This document shows positions 48,334 to 54,585 of a stretch of 54,585 bases of DNA, piece by piece. The notes under the pieces are model-generated. The model saw nothing but the letters and a program-made list of their open reading frames with translations. It was not told where the DNA came from and searched no databases. The stretch's first letter is position 1. Each line of letters starts with the position of its first letter. The stretch is from Chrysochromulina tobinii (Eukaryota), in contig JWZX01002887.1 of assembly GCA_001275005.1 (NCBI GenBank), positions 1 to 54,585 on the forward strand. Reading direction: 5' to 3'. The position numbers were made by a program, and so were the translations under genes.

Positions 48334-49464
48334 ATGCTGGATCCGAGCGGTTATGCTCAGTGGCTCCGAGTCTCTGGCACGGGATCATGCGATGCCACCA
48401 TTACTGGCAAAAAGGGCGACTGCGATCACGGAGACAAGGGAGACCTCGGATGGATACCATTTGAAGCGGATCAGGAGGAGCTGCTCGATGGCAAGGCGCG
48501 CCGTGCTGTGTCCAGCTGCCTCCAGCGCTGTGCGAAGTGCGCGAGGTGCAGGTATGTATCGGTGAGCGTCGAGCATCTGGACTGCGCCTGGTTTGCCACC
48601 TGCAACCTCGACAACTTGTACCGCGACCCTTCTGGCTTCGTCTCCGGACCAATCCTCGAGACCGCCGCGGCGCTCGACGGCGCTCCGAACTGGATCCAGC
48701 CAGCACCCAACGCATCGGACACGGATGAGACGCGCCTCACTACAGTCGCGCTGCAGCGCATGCCGGCCGTCTCAAAGTTCTGGGGCCAGCACAAGTACCA
48801 GACCATGTACGCTCACATGATGGCGCCGCGCTTCACCCAGCGACCGCGCGGCGTTCCGCTGCGCATGCTTGAGATTGGTCTGGGATGTGACATGGGGTAT
48901 GGGCCTGGGGCAAGTGCCCACTTTTGGAGGCGTTACCTGCCACCCACGACAGTGCTGTACATGGCGGAGATCGATGCAAGGTGCGTAAGGAAGCACGCCG
49001 AGGAGCTGCGCGCGCTGCGCGTACTACCACTCGTGGGAGACCAGGGGGACGCGGCGGTCCGCAAGCGGTGGATGCAAGAGTCAGGAGGCCGCTTTGATTT
49101 CATGATCGATGACGGAAGCCACGAGAGCAAGGACATCAAGGACACGTTCGACGACCTGTGGCCCCACCTGCAGCCTGGCGGTGTCTACTTTCTAGAGGAC
49201 CTCCACCTGGGCACCACCAAAAAATGGGGACGCGGCCACATACCCCTCCGGGACATACTCTCCGCGTGGTCCGGCCACCTCGTCGTCCCCCGAATGTTCG
49301 TCACGGGCAACTGGTGGATGAATGGAGCTGAAAAAAATATCTCCAAATGGCCTCTCCGGCGGGTGTATGAGCGCCACCCCAAGCCTCGCGACCTCGCTTT
49401 CGTCTTTTGCCAGGAGAAGGCTTGCGCCGTGGGCAAACAGCATAACCCAGCTTTGGGATACTAG
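48334..49464 (+). CDS. Cys-rich (PAN/apple-like) module fused to a class I SAM-dependent methyltransferase (MycE/sugar O-methyltransferase-like)
   Basis: N-terminal GSCDAT...GDC..GDKG...CLQRCAKCARCRYVSVS...DCAWFATC. MTase motifs HKYQTMY, RMLEIGLGC, GDQGD, FDFMIDDGSH, LWPHLQPGGVYFLEDL. Confidence 0.8.
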   Translation: MLDPSGYAQWLRVSGTGSCDATITGKKGDCDHGDKGDLGWIPFEADQEELLDGKARRAVSSCLQRCAKCARCRYVSVSVEHLDCAWFATCNLDNLYRDPSGFVSGPILETAAALDGAPNWIQPAPNASDTDETRLTTVALQRMPAVSKFWGQHKYQTMYAHMMAPRFTQRPRGVPLRMLEIGLGCDMGYGPGASAHFWRRYLPPTTVLYMAEIDARCVRKHAEELRALRVLPLVGDQGDAAVRKRWMQESGGRFDFMIDDGSHESKDIKDTFDDLWPHLQPGGVYFLEDLHLGTTKKWGRGHIPLRDILSAWSGHLVVPRMFVTGNWWMNGAEKNISKWPLRRVYERHPKPRDLAFVFCQEKACAVGKQHNPALGY

Positions 49465-49927
49465 AGCTGGTCCTAGCACTATGTAGAAAGACCATACCTG
49501 GACCATAGCATGTACAGAGAGAGATTATTTCACAAACGGTGTAACGTCTCTTACCCCCTAAGTTGTTATCGGCGCAGCACCGAGCCGCAGGGCGAGCACG
49601 GAGATTCGACCGTAGTGTTAAGTGTACTGGAGAGAGGAAATCCCAAACCTTTTAAGGAGATGACGAAACCCTGCGTGGTCAAGCTCGACGAAACTCCGAC
49701 GAACCTGTACGCCATTTCCCAGCGCCTTTTAGTGAGCTGTCTCTCCATTGAGTGCCTCGCCCTCGGTGACCAAGGTCAGGGTCGGAGGGGAGGGGATTTC
49801 CCGGAGAAACGACACAGAAATTCCTGTACGAAGAAAGTTGCCGTTTTTGGAAGCCTTTCGATATGTCTACGATGCACCTTCCGCCTTGTCCTTTGGTGGT
49901 GCCTAAACCCACCGGCGCGCGTCAGAG

Positions 49928-51578
49928 ATGATCGACGAAGCGCGGTGTCGCCTCGCTGGAGATGATCGACGACGCGCGGACGCGAAAGTGCGCGGACACC
50001 GTGCGCAGCGGGTTCGCGCTGACAGCTTACCCACCAGCTCCACCCGTCATGCAGGGCTGCGAGTCGGTATCGCCACACTCTTCTCACCGAACGAACAAAA
50101 CCCGTGTGTTTACGGCATCGGCTGTGCATTCTTGCCATGGTGCATGGCGGCACGGACGCTGCAGAGCGGGCTCCTTGCGCATCCACAATTTATGCGCGTG
50201 GACATTCTCGTCGTCCACAACAATCGCCGCGCCAATGCCACGAAACCCGCGCCCCCGCAGCCCGCAGGCCAGCCGGGCACTGTGTGCCGGCTCTCTGATG
50301 CGACCGAGCAGCTCGATGTGCGTGACTGCCCGGGAGTGCGGCTGCTGACGCCGACGCCCGCGATGCGGAAGGTATCGCTCGCTCACGCAAAACGCGTCAT
50401 CGGCGGCGGCGTTATGTCATACAACCAAGAGTACATCGAGCGTGGATACGTCTTCCTGTGGAAATGGGAACTCTTCCGCTTAGGGCGCCGGTACGTGCCC
50501 CTCTGATGGTCTCTGAATACCTTCCATTGCCGCCAGTTGGTAACGCAGTGTCTCCGACGGCCTCCATCCTCAGGTACGACGCCGTGCTACACACGGACCT
50601 GGACACGGACGTATTGCCGAGGTTTAGCCCCTCGCCGCACGCCCTCGCCGCCGAGTGGGCCGTCGAGCTCACCAAACTCGTCTCCGCTGCAAACAGCACC
50701 TCCGGGGGAGCGCGCGCCTTGGACGGCGCCTCCTCTGACGTCTGGGGTGGCGCCTCCCACGACAGTGCGGCGGCTGCCCGTGAGCCGCTCCGTATGTTGG
50801 GCTACGCGGACGTGACGACGCCTTACAATGGAGGCATGTTTCTCGTGCTGCCACCGAACGACGGCGGCGCCCTGTACCGAGAAGGCCTTCAAGTGCTCGG
50901 TGCGCCTTGGAACGCCACGCACGGTTGGGAGCTGGCAGGGACTCCTTCCCACCTCTTTGCACACACCCCGATGGTCGCCGCGGACGGCGCCGTGCTCAAC
51001 CGCCATCACCCAGCGGCGAGGTACGCGGCTGATGGCGGCTGTCGCTGGCCTCCCTACAATTGCCTACTTGAATGCTTTGGATTGCTCCGCTCATCAGGTA
51101 CCACGACTGGACGGGCATTGACTCCGGTGACCTAGATCAAGGGTTCCTACTCTACATGCTCCAACACCGCCACCGCGCTGGCGCGTACGTGTCCCGCAGC
51201 GCTCAGAGTTCCCATCGCGTCATTCATTACGTATCCGGTACGGCGAAGCCTTGGCTGCGCATACTGAATTACGTACCGCCAGAGCGAAGCGAGGGAGCGT
51301 GTGCGCGTATTGGGACGAGCCCGGAGTCGACGGCGAGCTCGAGCGAGAAGCGAGCTCGCGCATTGGGATGGGAGACTCTACAACGGCACGCTTTCCTGCG
51401 CGCGTCCGGCCTTGACGACACTGCCGCACTGCCCGCCACGGCGTGCGGCCGCGCGTTTCGCGTCGCGCTCCGCGAGATGAACGCGCACGCTCTCAATCGA
51501 TCTGCGTGCTGCGCGGCCTTTGCGCGCCTTGGCAACGTCCCATTGATGCCTGGGAACGTCCGCCTCCAAGTGTTCTGA
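49928..51578 (+). CDS. GT-A fold (GT8-like) glycosyltransferase; exons 49928-50490, 50574-51020, 51098-51578
   Basis: LWKWELF...YDAVLHTDLDTDV (DxD), YNGGMFLVLP, DLDQGFL, IHYV..AKPW. Introns 50491-50573 and 51021-51097 join three ORF fragments in frame. Confidence 0.75.
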
Positions 51579-51917
51579 GGCTCTGAGATGGTCCGACGCG
51601 ATCGCGAGTCAGACCGCGGTGCCGGTTGGCGTACGACACAAAATTATCTTTAGCCTATTTCTGTAACAACGACACAGATAGAGCACCCTATAAGCACCCG
51701 GTAACGTTTGACGGTCCCTTGTTGACGGTGTGGTGAGCGCGGGGGGGGGGGCGCGACGAAACTGAGTGACTGACTGTACACACGGCGACACGGGCACACG
51801 GACAGTCGGACACACGGATCACAGTTAGTGTCTTTTTGGTACCGGTAGTTCGTTTCGCTTTCGGCGCGCGGCGACCGCGCAACTGCTCCGCCGGCGAGCA
51901 CACGACCAGGCACTGAC

Positions 51918-52718
51918 ATGGCGCCCAAGGAGAAGAAAGCCAAGGCGCCACCGGTGCCGGAAGGCCCACCACCAGAGTGGATTGCACACTGCCGGAGCAA
52001 AGACTATGTCAAAGTCGAAGGGATGTCGATTATGCACTTGCGTGCCGGAGTGAGTGATGTGGCTCGTGGCATCCAGCCTCTGACCGCGGGCAAACACCGC
52101 ATCACTTATATGATTGAGCGTGCTGGAAGTACCAAGGGCTATGGCATCGTCCTTGGTGTAACGGATGCAGCAGCGCCCGCGTGGACCGAGGTCTGGCCAC
52201 CAGTGGACCAGGGCAACAAGCCTCCGCCAGTCTCACGGCCTGTCGTTGCGTGGGGCATCTGCCCCGCCTTGGGCAAGTGGGTCGAGTCTCCTGATGCTAA
52301 AGTGGGCCAGTTCGGTGGTGCGAATGTGCTTCCAGAAGGTTTTCCGACGATTGAACCGGCGACCAAAGTTGTGGGCATGACCATAGTCTTCGAGATCGAC
52401 GTGCCACAGCACCCGCCGATGGCCGATCACATTGTGCGCCGCGACTTCAGGGCGAGCTTGCATCCTCTGGCCATGCAACGGACCTACCCACGGTTCCTTG
52501 ACGCGATGCAGGCGCACCCTGTTCACCAAATCGTCGCTTCGCCTATCGCACGGAAGAGCTCCTTGCGTTTCAGCATCGACGGCGGCGAGATGATCGAGGC
52601 ACAGGTGGCACTTCCGCGTGCGCTGTGGCCGTGGGTGCACATGTCATGGCAAGGCGACTGCGTGAGAATCGTCAAGGTTGAGCAGCTATCTGGCCCTGAA
52701 AATGAGCTCACCGAATAG
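51918..52718 (+). CDS. Hypothetical protein, SPRY/concanavalin-like beta-sandwich
   Basis: GKHRITYMIE...IVLGVTDA...VAWG...LRFSIDG...LPRALWPWVHM..QGDCVRI follows a SPRY-like strand pattern. Confidence 0.55.
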   Translation: MAPKEKKAKAPPVPEGPPPEWIAHCRSKDYVKVEGMSIMHLRAGVSDVARGIQPLTAGKHRITYMIERAGSTKGYGIVLGVTDAAAPAWTEVWPPVDQGNKPPPVSRPVVAWGICPALGKWVESPDAKVGQFGGANVLPEGFPTIEPATKVVGMTIVFEIDVPQHPPMADHIVRRDFRASLHPLAMQRTYPRFLDAMQAHPVHQIVASPIARKSSLRFSIDGGEMIEAQVALPRALWPWVHMSWQGDCVRIVKVEQLSGPENELTE

Positions 52719-53204
52719 CCCGCTTCGTAGCCATAGGGACGTTTGAAGGGAGCCACCGCACCATGCAGGAACATCAACAAATCATCAACATGTCGATTTC
52801 TTTGACTATGTGGTGTTGGCGGTTGCATGAATCCATATTCCATAACCAAGGTGCGATGTGGCCAGTGTTTGAAACCGCAAAGCAGCACACACTAATAAGA
52901 TAAGAGACACAATCCGGTGATGCGATCGGTCCAGCAAGCAGCATGACATAACTCATAAGATCATAAGTCGATAAATAGGGATAAACGATAAGTCCTGTTA
53001 GTCGAGTGTCTGCGTCTCTGTCCCCCGGGCGTGTCGTCTTTCTCTGGATCCGTCGGCGCTGCTCTGAAAAGTCGCACCGTTTGGGGGGTGTCGCCTGTCG
53101 CGTGTACAGCTGCCTCGCGCGCTTTATTTGGATGGGTTCCGGCAAAAAATCAGTGGAAGCCGTTCCAAATCGGGCCGTGCTCCGCGCTCCTTCGCATCTT
53201 GCAC

Positions 53205-54308
53205 ATGGCCGCGGCCAACACGGGCCAGGTGAATATGTACGAGCTGGACGCTGACGCTGTAAATCCCAGCAGTATCTCGACCCTGAATCTTCCGAGCTTC
53301 GCTGAATCTTCCGAGTGGCTCGACGTGCCTGTTCGCATCATCACACTAAACAATTCTGTCGCTCTCCCCCACTTCGAGGAATTCGGATTCAGAAACGTGA
53401 TGGACAGGAACGATCTGACCGCTGACTTTAGAGGTTCTTCGCCAGCAGATCTGGAAGAGGCAGGATTCATCACGCCCCTCGCTCGACAGAGCATTGAGGC
53501 CCTTGAGAACGACGAGTACCCGCGGCGCCCCTACGAGCTTGCAAAGGCGAGTGCTGTCGGCCTCTTCCTTTCCCACCTTCGGGTTTGCGACAAACACGCG
53601 ACCACTCTCGTCTTGGAGGAGGACGCATGCCCCATAAATCCTGCGCTCCAATCGCAGTTTCCGCTCGCGCTTGAGCTGACGAAAAATCACACGGCCGACA
53701 TCATCATCTTCGGCCCTCTCGAAGTCTTCGAAGGCATGAAGCCCTGGAAGCCCATTTCCGTCCAGAGCGGTCAGCCTGGCTTTGAACCGCTTGGGAGCAG
53801 GGGCTTTTTCGGCACTCAAGGGGTATTGTACACTGCGCGCGGTTGTCAGAAGATGTGGAATCATTTGGGACCGCCGTTCGACATGCAGATCGACGGGGCC
53901 CTAAGCTTACGCTCGCAAGGTGACGCTCTCTTCAGCCGCCCGAGCAACACGTCCCTCAAGTTGTGGATTGAAGTGGGGACGGTAAGCATCGTGCAGGATC
54001 ATTCCCTTTTGGAAGAATTGCAACCACACATCAACGGTGACGTGGAGCGATGCACCGTCTACAGCATGTGGACCGGATGCTGGGAGTGGGAGCACTACAT
54101 GATAGGCGCTTTGCTTGTCGTATTGGTGGCATACATCATTGGCTGGCAAGCGTGGCTGTGGGGTCGCAGGGGCCGCGATCCGAGGAACGACGACAATGAG
54201 CGCTTTTGCTTCATCTTTTTATGCGCTTGGCCACCGATTTGCGACAGCAGCAGAGCAGAAAAGAGGCGGGCGCCCACCGAAGCAACAGGACTGATCGTGG
54301 GTTCCTGA
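53205..54308 (+). CDS. Glycosyltransferase family 25-like protein with a C-terminal transmembrane helix
   Basis: VRIITL, AVGLFLSHLRV, LVLEEDA, FFGTQGVLYTARGCQKM, DMQIDG. Hydrophobic YMIGALLVVLVAYIIGW. Confidence 0.7.
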   Translation: MAAANTGQVNMYELDADAVNPSSISTLNLPSFAESSEWLDVPVRIITLNNSVALPHFEEFGFRNVMDRNDLTADFRGSSPADLEEAGFITPLARQSIEALENDEYPRRPYELAKASAVGLFLSHLRVCDKHATTLVLEEDACPINPALQSQFPLALELTKNHTADIIIFGPLEVFEGMKPWKPISVQSGQPGFEPLGSRGFFGTQGVLYTARGCQKMWNHLGPPFDMQIDGALSLRSQGDALFSRPSNTSLKLWIEVGTVSIVQDHSLLEELQPHINGDVERCTVYSMWTGCWEWEHYMIGALLVVLVAYIIGWQAWLWGRRGRDPRNDDNERFCFIFLCAWPPICDSSRAEKRRAPTEATGLIVGS

Positions 54309-54585
54309 GACCGACACGAAATACAGTTCCTACGTACGGACCAGCGAGTACAAAACAGCCCCGCACGCGGGTCAACCATACCAATACCTCGATAGACCTC
54401 GAGACAGTTTACGGCTTTGGCTACACATGAGTACAGGAGCGGAAATAGAAACTGCGCTGTGTATTCTGGAATTTGCTCTCTACGTACGTAAGCCCCGTAG
54501 GTATTACACTCGGAAACTCGGAATCTGGGAATTTGCGAGTCCCTCTTGCTGCGACCCAAGTGCCAAGAGGGGTCCTCGGAAACTC

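Noticed and set aside
1..54585. tRNA, rRNA or snRNA genes
   Set aside because: None recognised by eye; a covariance-model scan (tRNAscan-SE/Infernal) would be needed to exclude them.

Overview
GC-rich (about 60-68%), gene-dense eukaryotic nuclear DNA with short spliceosomal introns. The bipartite plastid presequences, a polycystin channel and a tubulin deglutamylase suggest a flagellated alga with a red-derived plastid, most likely a haptophyte (inference). About 22 protein-coding genes can be supported: a STELLO-like GT, a PKD2-type channel, a two-domain sulfotransferase-like protein, MRPL45, ABA4, a pectin acetylesterase/Notum-like esterase, CCP5/AGBL5, a BPL_N-like protein, DBP3, a PaaI thioesterase, a CCHC/GRF zinc-finger protein, XPG, CCT7, a methyltransferase, GT8- and GT25-like enzymes and several hypotheticals. 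There is also one 9.1-kb non-LTR retrotransposon. Main highlights: (1) a family of apparently young introns, each built from a duplication of the flanking exon sequence, internal 10-11-nt CTGAT-type tandem repeats and, in several, a shared 3' cassette (CTGATTGCCTCCCTCATCAG), with one clear presence/absence case between duplicated domains of one gene; (2) a LINE with coiled-coil, APE, RT, RNase H, split CCHC finger, a duplicated unknown domain and a C-terminal chromodomain, inserted into a host stop codon with a 6-bp TSD; (3) a eukaryotic protein with a bacterial polymorphic-toxin-type (RxxDxExK...CxxC) deaminase domain; (4) an XPG/Rad2 with an IMPACT/YigZ domain inserted in its spacer. All family assignments come from motif recognition by eye; no database searches were run.
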